A stretch of 63,219 nucleotides of DNA from Actinomycetes bacterium (GCA_021802485.1 JAJZXF010000005.1:1-63219); one strand, 5' to 3'; shown: positions 27,624-37,098, numbered from the stretch's first letter. Notes: generated from the letters alone by a model not told the origin. Program-made: numbers and translations.

Positions 27624-29114
27624 ATGCGAAGAAGCGATACGAGTATCGAAGCGAGTAAGGATGGAGGAGAGTTGACGAACACCGAGGAGTTGTCGGACGT
27701 GCCCGAGCTACCCGACGTTCGGGCGGCCTCGATGAGGCCAGTGTTGAAGCCGGGTAGGTGGTACTGGCCGGTGGTGGGTGCGCTTGTGGCAGTGGTGGCC
27801 GTTGGGGTGGTTGCCTGGGTGACGCAGCTTCATGAAGGCCTTGGGGCTGCGGGCTATAACAACCATGCCTTTTGGGCTATCTACATCGCGGATGTTGTCA
27901 CCTTTATTGGAGTGAGCTACGGCGGCGCTGTCGTGTCCGCGATACTCAGGCTGACCGGGGCAAGCTGGCGAGCCCCGCTCACCCGGATAGCCGAGGCGAC
28001 CGCGGTGGTCACGGTCATCATCGGCGGCTCCTTCATCATCCCGCACCTTGGCCGCCCAGAGCGGATCTTGGAGCTCATCTACCGTCCGAACCTGTCATCG
28101 CCGATCTTCTGGGACTTCGTAGCTGTATCGACGTACGCCTTCGCTTCGATAGTGTTTTTTTTCCTTCCCCTGATGCCTGACCTGGCCATGGCGCGCGATC
28201 GGCTCACGGCTGCGAACAGACCCCGGCTCGCGCGCTTGTGCGGGACTCTGTCATGCCGCTGGCAGGCAAAGCCAAGCCAGCGCAGGCGCCTCGACGGCGC
28301 GATCGGGCTCGTTGCGATAATGGTGATACCACTTGCTGTGTCGGTGCATTCCGTTCTGTCATGGGCGTTCACGCTCACGAGCAGGCCGTGGTGGCACGAG
28401 AGCATATGGGCCCCATACTTCGTCGTGGCAGCACTCTATTCGGGGATAGCGCTCGTGATCATTGTCGTTGCCGTGATGCGACGTATTTGGGGGCTCAAGG
28501 CGTTCATCACGGATCGCCATCTGGTGCGTCTCGGGTTCATTCTCGCGCCGTTCGGAGCGGCTTACCTGTACCTGACCATTGCGGACTTCCTCCCTGGAAG
28601 CTACGTAGGAGAAAACGGAGTCGCGAACGTCTTTGCTCAGGTTCTTGCCGGTAGATACGCACTCTGGTTCTGGTTATTCGTGTTTGCGGGGTTGATAGTC
28701 CCGCTCTTGATCATCGCTCTTCCGTGGACTCGCAGGGCGCCGTTCATTGTCACAGCGGCAGCACTGGTGGTTGGGTCGCTGTGGATCAAGCGGATGGTGA
28801 TGGTGGTAGCGCCAGCGAACTATGGCAGGGTATCGGGGGTGTTTGGCTCGTACCATTTCACATGGATCTCTGCTTGCGTCACCCTTGCGGGGGTGGCTGC
28901 GATCCCGCTGTTGCTGTTGTTGGTGTTCAGGGTCGTGCCGATTCTTTCGGTGACCGAGATGGAGGAGATGGCCGCTAGGAAGGAGCAGGAGGCTATGAGA
29001 GAAGGCGCGGATCGGGCGCTGGCTGAGATTGAGAGGCGACATGACGCGGGAGAGTCGCTGGACGTCCAAGTTGAGGAAGCGGAGATGACTCCGGTTGGAA
29101 GGGCGGATGCATGA
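27624..29114 (+). CDS. NrfD/PsrC-family integral membrane quinone-interacting subunit
   Basis: WYWPVVGALVAVV..., GYNNHAFWAIYIADVVTFIGVSYGG, IPHLGRPERILELIY and PIFWDFVAVSTYAF give the canonical NrfD pattern. It has about 10 TM helices plus an acidic cytoplasmic tail. The tracked ORF starts at TTG 27588. Confidence 0.85.
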   Translation: MRRSDTSIEASKDGGELTNTEELSDVPELPDVRAASMRPVLKPGRWYWPVVGALVAVVAVGVVAWVTQLHEGLGAAGYNNHAFWAIYIADVVTFIGVSYGGAVVSAILRLTGASWRAPLTRIAEATAVVTVIIGGSFIIPHLGRPERILELIYRPNLSSPIFWDFVAVSTYAFASIVFFFLPLMPDLAMARDRLTAANRPRLARLCGTLSCRWQAKPSQRRRLDGAIGLVAIMVIPLAVSVHSVLSWAFTLTSRPWWHESIWAPYFVVAALYSGIALVIIVVAVMRRIWGLKAFITDRHLVRLGFILAPFGAAYLYLTIADFLPGSYVGENGVANVFAQVLAGRYALWFWLFVFAGLIVPLLIIALPWTRRAPFIVTAAALVVGSLWIKRMVMVVAPANYGRVSGVFGSYHFTWISACVTLAGVAAIPLLLLLVFRVVPILSVTEMEEMAARKEQEAMREGADRALAEIERRHDAGESLDVQVEEAEMTPVGRADA

Positions 29115-29785
29115 TGGGCTCTGAGTTAGCGTCTCTCAGACGCTGCGCTAAGTGGGTTGCTGTGTTTGCGGGTTTCATCGTCACCGTGTTTCTATCTGTA
29201 GCGCCAGCAACCTTCGTCACCTTGCCGCAGGCGTTTGGGGCACCAGGGGGGTCCATGCATGCGATGCAACAGATGCCTGCCAGTAACGCAAAGAGCACGT
29301 CTAGCGGCTCCGCTGGTGGTGGCTTGAGCCTCGCAGTTGCGCCGGCGCAGGGAACCGGACACCAGCTGATGCTCACGGCAACGGTTCCGCTGGCAGCTAT
29401 GAACACCAAGCGCGTGTCGTTTTTCGTGGTCACGACCGAGCTTGGGGGCCATCGATTGGTCCCGCTGGGCAGTGCGTTGACGGACTCATCCGGCACAGCC
29501 TCGGTAATGTATCAGCCGACGTGGGCCGGCAAGGAAGAGTTCGTGGCCGAGATTGGCCGAGACCTAACGAAGCCGCTCGCGACCGCGAGCAAGTACTATG
29601 TGGTAGCTACCGCGGTTGCGGGGGTGCCACCTGCCAACACGAATGCTCCGAAGCCGCTACGTCAAGTGGGGAAGGACTTCGTAGCCGTGGTCCTCGCGGT
29701 GGTTGCTGCGGTGTGGATGACCCTTCTCATCACGCTCTACCGAGTTGTGGTGGGCACCCGGAAGCTTTCGACAAGGGCTACGTGA
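29111..29785 (+). CDS. Bitopic membrane protein with an extracytoplasmic Ig-like/beta-sandwich domain
   Basis: ATGA overlap with the NrfD-like stop. It has an N-terminal signal/TM segment (WVAVFAGFIVTVFLSVAPA), a beta-rich middle (HQLMLTATVPL...VSFFVVTTELGGHRLVPLGSALTDSSGTASVMYQP) and a C-terminal TM (FVAVVLAVVAAVWMTLLITLY). Confidence 0.6.
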   Translation: MMGSELASLRRCAKWVAVFAGFIVTVFLSVAPATFVTLPQAFGAPGGSMHAMQQMPASNAKSTSSGSAGGGLSLAVAPAQGTGHQLMLTATVPLAAMNTKRVSFFVVTTELGGHRLVPLGSALTDSSGTASVMYQPTWAGKEEFVAEIGRDLTKPLATASKYYVVATAVAGVPPANTNAPKPLRQVGKDFVAVVLAVVAAVWMTLLITLYRVVVGTRKLSTRAT

Positions 29786-29790
29786 CGGAG

Positions 29791-30708
29791 ATGGGCACGG
29801 CGCTGCGCTCGCCTGGTTCCTGGAGTACCAAGCTTCGCACCGTGCTCTTGATAACTTCTGTCGTCGGGTTGCTGACTGCATCCGGCCTCTTTGTGTCCGC
29901 GTGCTCGCGATCATCGCCTCGTTCATCGGCGATGATCCACCTCGCCCGTGCAGTTTCGCTGACGCAGAGCGCGGGAACTGCCTTGACAACGGTTAGCCTG
30001 CACATGCTGTCGGCACGGGTTGGGCCGGTGAGCGGGAAGGCGACTGGTGTCGTGGACTTTGCGGATCATGACGGCCGGATGGAGCTTTACGGGTTCGGGC
30101 TCCCGGAGCGTTCAGGAACCGCTGTTGTTTTTACGAACTCAGCGATCTATATGAAGCTCCCGCAGTACGCGCGACTCAAGGGCCAAGGGAGCAAGCCTTG
30201 GTTGGGGTTGCTCTTGAGTGACTTAAACGCTGTCTCGACAGCGCAGGCTGGATTCGTCTTCCAGGCTGAGACTGTCAACGCTGTGTACCTTCTGGATGCG
30301 ATATCTCGCGGAGCGGTGGCATTCAATAAAGCACCAGCGCGGGGGAACTCTGCTCCCTACCAGGGGACGGTGAACCTTGCAACCGCGCAGAGGTACTCAA
30401 GTGGTCTGGACGCTATGGTTCTTTCTCAGCAGGAAACCTTTACCGGCGTCGAGACTGCGCCGCTGTATGTTTGGCTCGACTCGAGGGGCAGGATCGCGAA
30501 GTTCCAGATGATTCTCGACCCTTCGCAGTCGTCTGGGGGCAGTCACCTGAGCGGCAAAGTGACAATCACGGTTTCGCTGCGTGAGTTCGGGGTGCCTTCG
30601 CAGGTTGTGGCTCCTCCCACAGGAGAGGTAGCAAATCTGGACGTGATTCTGGAGAACCTTTCGGGTGGGGAGATGGGAGAGCCGCCAGGTGAGACTCCAG
30701 GCCAGTAG
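29791..30708 (+). CDS. Putative lipoprotein
   Basis: ATG lies 5 nt after the previous stop. The signal peptide ends in the lipobox LFVSAC. The mature part is beta-rich and reminiscent of LppX/LprG/LolA-like folds (guess). Confidence 0.6.
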   Translation: MGTALRSPGSWSTKLRTVLLITSVVGLLTASGLFVSACSRSSPRSSAMIHLARAVSLTQSAGTALTTVSLHMLSARVGPVSGKATGVVDFADHDGRMELYGFGLPERSGTAVVFTNSAIYMKLPQYARLKGQGSKPWLGLLLSDLNAVSTAQAGFVFQAETVNAVYLLDAISRGAVAFNKAPARGNSAPYQGTVNLATAQRYSSGLDAMVLSQQETFTGVETAPLYVWLDSRGRIAKFQMILDPSQSSGGSHLSGKVTITVSLREFGVPSQVVAPPTGEVANLDVILENLSGGEMGEPPGETPGQ

Positions 30709-30833
30709 GGCTGCAGTTCCCGCAGGTACCCTTGGAAATCGAAGCGCTATTGAAGCCCGATTTGTCCGGTGATCGCGTCGTGGAGAGCAGTGCGCCCGCT
30801 GAGGTGTCCAGTGGCGAATCGCGTGGTGGGCCT

Positions 30834-32411
30834 ATGTCATCAAGGGGGGTCGATCTAACCAGGGCCCGGGTGGTCGGCAGTTTAGCTGACCGTGTGCTCA
30901 GATGGCGTGCGCTTCAATTCTTCGTGATCCTGCCGAACGAGGTGCTGTTCTGGATCGTGATCCTCACGGGCCTAATTGGTGGGGTATTCTTGCATCAGTC
31001 ACACGTGTCGAAGACCGTGCACTTCGGGACTGGAGCAAGCTCTGGAATCAGTTCTGGCACCGGTGCACATGCAGGCTGGTTGTTCAATACGCCGCTCGTT
31101 GACACCTGGGCGAGACCTAACTTCTCCACAGCGATCACCTGGTGGCTGTGGTGGTCGCTCGTTTGGGTGCTGATGGCTGTCGTTGGAAGGGGCTGGTGCA
31201 TGGTGTGCCCCTTCGGTGGCGCTGCGGAGTGGGTCCAGCGGCTCTCGTTCTGGAAAAGGCGCGATCGGTCGCTCGGGCTGGGCCTTAGGTGGCCGCGTTC
31301 GCTGGTGAGGTTGGGGATTCTCCCGGCGGTGGCCGCGTTCATCCTGCTCACCTGGGTCGAGGAGTACTACAACATCTCGGTCTCCGCTGATCCGTTTACG
31401 ACCGGAGTCCTGGTCGGGGTCATCATTATCCTCGCTCTCGGGATGCATCTGGTCTTCGAGCGCAGGACGTTCTGCGCGTATCTGTGCCCGCTCACCGCAG
31501 TGTTCGCCCCGCTTGGAGCAACAGGGGTGGTCGCTGGGTTCAGGGCTCGCGACCCTGAGCGGTGCTATACGTGCGAGACGAAAGACTGCATGCGAGGCGG
31601 CGAGAAGGGATACGAGTGCCCATGGTACGAATGGCCAGCGACTGCCTCGTCGAACGCGTCATGCGGGCTGTGTACGGAGTGCTACAAGGCCTGCCCGTAT
31701 GACAACGTCGGCCTCTTTGTAGAACGCCCGTTCACATCGGTCATAGCGCCTGGAAAACGGCGCTATGACATCGCTATCGCGGCGGTTGCGATCCTCGGAG
31801 CGATCGTGTTCATGACACTGAACGCTCTCCCAGTCTACACGAGCATCGATGCGAAGCTTGACGCGTGGCTCTCATTTCCTCACTACCCGAATCCTGTCGA
31901 TTACTTTGGGATCATTGCAGCAGTCATAGGGCTCTTTGCCGTGCTCGTGTGGTTCGTACGGTTCGCATCTTCGCCGAAGAGGAGCCCCGGCTCTTTCTCG
32001 AGGTGGTTCATCCCGCTTGCCTACGGCATCATCCCGCTTGCGACAGCGGACCTGCTAGCGAACAGAGCGCCGACGTTGTTGTTTTACGGCCCGCGGATGA
32101 TCCAGGTTATTTCCGACCCGTTCGGTAGGGGGTGGAACCTGTTTGGTACCGCGCATCTCGCGATAGCGCGCTCGCACCTCGTGAGCTTCAATTTCCAAGG
32201 GCGTTCTGCAGCGGCGCTTGCGGTGCAGATCGGCATCCTCGCCCTCGGAGCGGCAGCGGCCCTGTGGAGCACGCACCGGATATTTGCAAGTGATCTCCGC
32301 TCGGAGAGCGGGCGTCCCATCCTGGGTGAGGTTTCGGCGCTGTGTGTGATCGCTGCTTGCGGCACCTTGATCGCCTGGAGCTACATACTGCTCGCAGGAA
32401 TGGCAACGTGA
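30834..32411 (+). CDS. NapH/MauN/YccM-type membrane polyferredoxin with an extra C-terminal membrane domain
   Basis: Two CxxCP membrane motifs (WCMVCPFGG, FCAYLCPL), two cytoplasmic 4Fe-4S motifs (CYTCETKDC...CPW, CGLCTECYKACP), then about 6 additional TM helices. The tracked ORF starts at TTG 30732. Confidence 0.8.
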   Translation: MSSRGVDLTRARVVGSLADRVLRWRALQFFVILPNEVLFWIVILTGLIGGVFLHQSHVSKTVHFGTGASSGISSGTGAHAGWLFNTPLVDTWARPNFSTAITWWLWWSLVWVLMAVVGRGWCMVCPFGGAAEWVQRLSFWKRRDRSLGLGLRWPRSLVRLGILPAVAAFILLTWVEEYYNISVSADPFTTGVLVGVIIILALGMHLVFERRTFCAYLCPLTAVFAPLGATGVVAGFRARDPERCYTCETKDCMRGGEKGYECPWYEWPATASSNASCGLCTECYKACPYDNVGLFVERPFTSVIAPGKRRYDIAIAAVAILGAIVFMTLNALPVYTSIDAKLDAWLSFPHYPNPVDYFGIIAAVIGLFAVLVWFVRFASSPKRSPGSFSRWFIPLAYGIIPLATADLLANRAPTLLFYGPRMIQVISDPFGRGWNLFGTAHLAIARSHLVSFNFQGRSAAALAVQIGILALGAAAALWSTHRIFASDLRSESGRPILGEVSALCVIAACGTLIAWSYILLAGMAT

Positions 32412-34180
32412 GCGCTGGAGATCGTGGATCGGATACAAAGCGGCGGGTCCGGGTTCAGATCCTACATATACCGTGTGTCGGATGCCGCGACTGCGTAGAG
32501 CGCTGTCCTGTCGGAGCGCTCGCGATCCAGCCGACCACGGGGATGCTGGAGGCTGATGAGAACACCTGCGTCGGATGCAGGATCTGCGAGAGGGTGTGTG
32601 CGTACGCTGCGATCAGGATCGATGGCCTGCTTGATTCAACCCCTACGACTGTTCCCCTTGCCCGCGTCCCCGATCCGGTAGAAGGGGACATCGCAGAGGT
32701 CCAACCGGGACTTTCAGGCCTCGATCAGGCGCGGGTGGAGGCAGAGCGCTGCCTGCAGTGTCCGGATCCGAGTTGCGTCTGGGGGTGTCCTGCACACAAC
32801 GACATCCCGGGGTTCATTGCCAGCGTGCGCGCTGGGGATCTCGGCGGAGCAAGTAGGGTCCTCGGCGAGACCAGCTGCCTTGCGGGCACGTGCGCTCGGG
32901 TGTGTGATGCACTGCGCCAGTGCGAGGGAGCATGCGCTCTTGCACTTGCTGGAGGCGAACCGGTCGCGATCAAGCTGCTCGAGCGCTTTGTTGCGGACTC
33001 TGCGGGGGGTTCAACGCCGGCGGGGGTGATGGGCTTGAACGGAGCTGGAGCAGTTGCTTCGGGGATCTCTGTCGCGATCGTGGGGTCGGGACCAGCGGGG
33101 CTTGCTGCAGCTCTGTGGCTCCTTTCCGCAGGCGCTCGGGTCGAGCTGCTCGAGTCGGAACCGGAGCTTGGCGGGGTGCTCCGCTGGGGGATGCCACGCT
33201 ATGAGCTGGCGAGCGACGTCTGGTCGCCGTTGGTAAGGATGCTGGAGCGCGAGGGAAGGCTAAGGGTGCGTGTTTCAACGAAGGTTGGCCGTGATGTGGA
33301 GATCGGAAACCTTCTCGAGCGCCACGACGCTGTCTTGCTCGCTCATGGCGCGTCCGTAGTGCCCCAGCTTCGCGTAACGGGTGGGGACCAGCCAGGCGTG
33401 ATGGACGCGATGACATTTCTTCGAGGAGCTGGCGGCGTGTGGGATCCGAGCGGGAGCGTGTCGGGTGATGAACTACGTGGCGTGAGCGTGCTTGCTGTCG
33501 GCGGGGGAGACACCGCGATGGCAGTTTCCAGGATGGCGCTACGGCTTGGGGCAAGGGCGATCACGGTACGAAGGAGCCAACGATCCAAGGCCGCAGTTCG
33601 CGTGGACGAGCTGGATCAAGCCTTGGCGGAAGGGGTGGATGCCCGTTTCGGCATCCGTGTAGAGCGCCTGGAGGTGGATGGCACGAAGGTGGGTGCAGCG
33701 GTGCTTGAGCGCCTCGGTGCACCCCGCTGGTGTGGGATAATGGCATTTCGCACACAGGCCAGTGGTGCTCAGATGGAGCGACTTGCATGCGACCTCGTGG
33801 TGGCATCCACCGGGTTTGGTGTCGACACCGAGCTTTTCGGGGCTGCTGGCGTGCCCGCGGCGTGGGAGCTGGCGGTCCGAGACGGTCGCTCGCGGCGCAG
33901 GGGTAGCTCTCGAAACAGGGCCCTCGTCGCCGCGTCAGGGCTGAACTCAGAGGATCGTGATGCTAATGCGAGGAGGATTGCCCGCGAGGTGCTCGCGACG
34001 GAGGCGATGCTTGCCACCTCGGATCGGCGACTCTCGGGCAGCGTCTGGGCTGCCGGGGATGCGCTCACAGGGCCGTCGAGTGTCGTCTGGGCAATGGCCT
34101 CGGGCCACAGGGCAGCGCTTGGCATCGTGGCGGCGCTTGGCAACAAGCACGCCGACCGGCATCAGCTTCCCGAGGAGTAA
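32408..34180 (+). CDS. Fused 2x[4Fe-4S] ferredoxin / GltD-like (glutamate synthase small-subunit-like) NAD(P)H-dependent flavin oxidoreductase
   Basis: GTG at 32408 overlaps the upstream TGA (GTGA). It has CVGCRDCVERCP and CVGCRICERVC motifs, the GltD N-terminal FeS region RCLQCPDPSCVWGCPAHNDIPGF...CARVCD..CEGAC, an FAD fold VAIVGSGPAGLAAA...ESEPELGGVLRWGMP, and a second dinucleotide fold VLAVGGGDTAMAV. Confidence 0.85.
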   Translation: MSAGDRGSDTKRRVRVQILHIPCVGCRDCVERCPVGALAIQPTTGMLEADENTCVGCRICERVCAYAAIRIDGLLDSTPTTVPLARVPDPVEGDIAEVQPGLSGLDQARVEAERCLQCPDPSCVWGCPAHNDIPGFIASVRAGDLGGASRVLGETSCLAGTCARVCDALRQCEGACALALAGGEPVAIKLLERFVADSAGGSTPAGVMGLNGAGAVASGISVAIVGSGPAGLAAALWLLSAGARVELLESEPELGGVLRWGMPRYELASDVWSPLVRMLEREGRLRVRVSTKVGRDVEIGNLLERHDAVLLAHGASVVPQLRVTGGDQPGVMDAMTFLRGAGGVWDPSGSVSGDELRGVSVLAVGGGDTAMAVSRMALRLGARAITVRRSQRSKAAVRVDELDQALAEGVDARFGIRVERLEVDGTKVGAAVLERLGAPRWCGIMAFRTQASGAQMERLACDLVVASTGFGVDTELFGAAGVPAAWELAVRDGRSRRRGSSRNRALVAASGLNSEDRDANARRIAREVLATEAMLATSDRRLSGSVWAAGDALTGPSSVVWAMASGHRAALGIVAALGNKHADRHQLPEE

Positions 34181-34938
34181 CCAGTGGTGAAGTAGCTCCG
34201 CGCTCCGAACCATACCGGCACGCCGCCTGGCCACCATGGAGCCGGCTGCATGAGGACCTTGAGGTTGCTCGAGAACGCTATCCCGCCTGGGGGCCAGAAG
34301 AATCCAGAGAGTCCCTGACCGTTGCACCAAGGGGTTACGCTGCCGCCTTGGACCGGGTCATTGTTATAGAACGGACTCACGGTCGAGATCCCTGTGTTGT
34401 TGCCGTTCCACCCGACGCTTGGCCACGCATTCCAGCTCCAGATGGTGAACCAAGCGAGGTGGTTGTCGATGTAAACCCATATCTCGCCGTCATAGGCTCC
34501 GCAGTTTCCACCGTCGAACCCGCCGTTGTTGGGGCCACAGCCGGGGTTGTTGTTGCCGCACATGTTTGCAAGCGCGCTCCAGGTGAGACCCTTGAACACG
34601 CCGGGACCGGATACGTTTACCATGGTCATTTGCTGGTTGTTGTAGCCTAAGCAACCCCAAGGCGTGCACCCCCAGGCATGGGGGGCGCCAACCGGCTGTG
34701 ATACGCGGAGTCGTCCTTGGGAGTTCACCGGTAGGTTGGCGACGTTCACATTCGGCGTGTTGGCGACGCTCACGTTAACCGGCGGCAGTGAGGAGTGAGC
34801 GGTTGCTGCGCCTGCAGGCGTGGTCGCGAGCGCAGCCATTGCGCCGATCCCGCCGCCGACCATCAGCATTGCTGCTGCAAGCAATCCGGTCATTCCAGAG
34901 CGAGCCACGAGGCCCCCTGGTTTCTTGAAGCTACCCAT
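34162..34938 (-). CDS. Secreted Trp/Gly/Asn/Cys-rich protein of unknown function
   Basis: It has a signal peptide (LLAAAMLMVGGGIGAMAALATTPAGAATA). The mature part is very rich in W, G, N and paired C (GCTPWGCLGYNN, CGNNNPGCGPNNGGFDGGNCG, WSWNAWPSVGWNGNN). Its 3' end overlaps the gltD-like 3' end by 19 nt in convergent orientation. Confidence 0.6.
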   Translation of the reverse strand: MGSFKKPGGLVARSGMTGLLAAAMLMVGGGIGAMAALATTPAGAATAHSSLPPVNVSVANTPNVNVANLPVNSQGRLRVSQPVGAPHAWGCTPWGCLGYNNQQMTMVNVSGPGVFKGLTWSALANMCGNNNPGCGPNNGGFDGGNCGAYDGEIWVYIDNHLAWFTIWSWNAWPSVGWNGNNTGISTVSPFYNNDPVQGGSVTPWCNGQGLSGFFWPPGGIAFSSNLKVLMQPAPWWPGGVPVWFGARSYFTTGYSSGS

Positions 34939-35075
34939 TTCCAGCCTCCCGTACGATCATCTGTGGCACCGTCTCATAGCTTCGGTCATGGACCAAGATA
35001 TGTCAAGTCACGTCCCGAGCCGCGTTGATGCAGGGCATGTCGCGTGTGTTGGAGGCCCTTAGTTTTCTTGGGCCC

Positions 35076-36200
35076 TCAGTGCTCCGCGAGCTGAGCAACG
35101 GCTTCTCGAAAGAGACCATCAGGGCTTCTCAACTCCTCGGGACTTGCCTTTGCAACCGAAGAGCGCAAGCTGGCTCGCAGAGTGCTTGCCGCGAGCACAT
35201 CGCCCAAGGCTGCTTGAAGCCTCATCTCGAGCATTGCGGAGCGATCGACGTCACTCTTGAACGAGCAGAGCACTGCGAAGGTGTGGGGCGCGACCCTCGC
35301 GATTGTGTCGTCGTGGCGCAGGCATCCCTCGAGTTGCACACCAGCAGCAGCCATGAGGGCGTCTCGCTGTGGGGAAGTGCCTGTGGCTTCATCCATGGCG
35401 ACGATGTCAAGCAGGATCACCGCAACCTCGCCGCCTGTATGCTCAAGCGCCCCTAGTGCATATCCAAGCCGTGCCATGAAGGATGGAGCCTTTATCAGCC
35501 CAGTCAGCTCATCGGGGCTGATCATCTGCTCGATGTCTTCTGGGTCGTAGGTCCGCTCAGGATGCGAGGAGTGCGTTGCCCGCGTGCCGGGCCGTGCATG
35601 AGAGCGAGAGGTCTCCAGATCTCGGGTCGTGTAAGCGTCCTGTATAGCAAGGAGCTGGCGTGCTGCCTCCTCTGCAGCAGGGTGGCGAAAGTCCACTCTT
35701 GCACCATCCAGACGGTCCGAGGGCTGTTCGGGTCCGTCACAACGCGTTGCGGTGAGGGAAAACACTTCTTCTCGCGCCTTGAGGTGTGCGACAAGGCGGC
35801 TTGCGAGGCTGTCGAGGTTGTCGAGCTGGTCTTGGTCGAAGTACCCGGTTGCCGGGTTTACGATGCAGAGAAGTCCCTCAATAACCTCTGATATTCCCTG
35901 ATCGACCACCGGTGCTGTTGCGACTGTTATCGCGCACTGCGCTTCACCGGAGGCATCCTCATCTAGCATTGCCCGTGTTACGAGTACCTTTCCAGGCTGA
36001 AGGCCAGGGTCCTTCCAAGCTATAGAAGCCATCTCGTAAAGGCTGTCAGACGTCCAGGATGCGTACTCTGGGAAGGTGGCCGCGATCGCAAGACGCCCGT
36101 CGGGTTGGAGGAGAGCGAGGAACGCAACGTCCGCGGCACATAGATCCCAGGCTGTCCGTAGCAGGTTGGTAGCGGTCCCTACGCTGGATTGGTTCATCAC
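35076..36200 (-). CDS. GAF-like sensor fused to a degenerate GGDEF domain
   Basis: The C-terminal GGDEF fold (DELTGLIKAPSFMARL...VAVILLDIV...) has the active-site GGDEF replaced by APHTF (DTIARVAPHTFAVL). Confidence 0.7.
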   Translation of the reverse strand: MMNQSSVGTATNLLRTAWDLCAADVAFLALLQPDGRLAIAATFPEYASWTSDSLYEMASIAWKDPGLQPGKVLVTRAMLDEDASGEAQCAITVATAPVVDQGISEVIEGLLCIVNPATGYFDQDQLDNLDSLASRLVAHLKAREEVFSLTATRCDGPEQPSDRLDGARVDFRHPAAEEAARQLLAIQDAYTTRDLETSRSHARPGTRATHSSHPERTYDPEDIEQMISPDELTGLIKAPSFMARLGYALGALEHTGGEVAVILLDIVAMDEATGTSPQRDALMAAAGVQLEGCLRHDDTIARVAPHTFAVLCSFKSDVDRSAMLEMRLQAALGDVLAASTLRASLRSSVAKASPEELRSPDGLFREAVAQLAEH

Positions 36201-36582
36201 CTGATGTCTCCGGTCATCTGTTCGGAATCAAAACTCGCCACTCACTGCTTGCCCGGCAATCATGCTGGGCAACGGCAGGTGTGTTCTGTGGGAAGCATCG
36301 AGCTTGCATTTCGTGCTGGGAACCAGCGCAAAAGTGCACGAACAAAGCATAACGTAGGCGCGTCCCATCGCCGTACGCTCGTCGTACCGTGTCGCGCGAA
36401 AGTTCAGGAACCACCCTGGCCCCCCAACGGAGCAGACCGCGGCGAGCGATCGGGCAACCGGCGGGCTCCTTAATCTTGGGCGGCTCCTGATCTTTGGCGA
36501 CTAAGGTGCCGTGATGGTCTTTTCAAGCCTGTGTGGCGTCTTGCGTGGATCTCGCACGCGGGTCCCCGCACGCACCGGCCCA

Positions 36583-37098
36583 ATGCCTACCGCTGTCGTG
36601 GTCAGCGTCTTGTCCCATGAGCATATCGACTCTTTGAGGGCGAGGTTTGATCCAGCTACGGCACGCGGCATGCCCGCGCACGTGACCATCCTGTACCCGT
36701 TCGCGACGCTGGAGGAGCTCCGCTCCGGTGTGCTTGACAGGCTCGCAGAGATCTGCGGGCGCATGCATGCGTTCGACTTCTGCCTTGAGCGGTTTGGCAC
36801 ATTTCCTGGTGTGACCTACCTTGTGCCTGAACCCGCCGACGAGTTCACCAAGATGACCGCCGCTATCGCATCTGAGCTGCCGGCGTGGCCGCCATACTCC
36901 GGCGCATATTCAGAGATCATCCCGCATCTCACGATCGCTCAGCATCACAGGGTTCCGCGTGCGGAGCGACGCGGGCTCGAGTCAGTGTTGCCGATCCGGT
37001 GCAGTGCAGTTGCGTTGGATGTCTTGTGCGAGGACGAGGGCGGTTGGCGGGTGTTCGCGTCCGTTGATCTCGGTGGCACGTCGTCTTCTCGGCGGTGA
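36583..37098 (+). CDS. 2H phosphoesterase (LigT / 2'-5' RNA ligase-like) family protein
   Basis: It has two HxT motifs at the expected spacing (PAHVTILYPF and IPHLTIAQH). The tracked ORF begins at 36511; ATG 36583 was chosen. Confidence 0.7.
   Translation: MPTAVVVSVLSHEHIDSLRARFDPATARGMPAHVTILYPFATLEELRSGVLDRLAEICGRMHAFDFCLERFGTFPGVTYLVPEPADEFTKMTAAIASELPAWPPYSGAYSEIIPHLTIAQHHRVPRAERRGLESVLPIRCSAVALDVLCEDEGGWRVFASVDLGGTSSSRR

Noticed and set aside
36460-36497. Imperfect tandem 19-mers (ggcgggctccttaatcttg / ggcggctcctgatctttgg) upstream of the 2H phosphoesterase gene.
   Set aside because: They are short and imperfect, with no dyad symmetry. I could not connect them to any regulator or further copy, so they are noted but not promoted to a finding.
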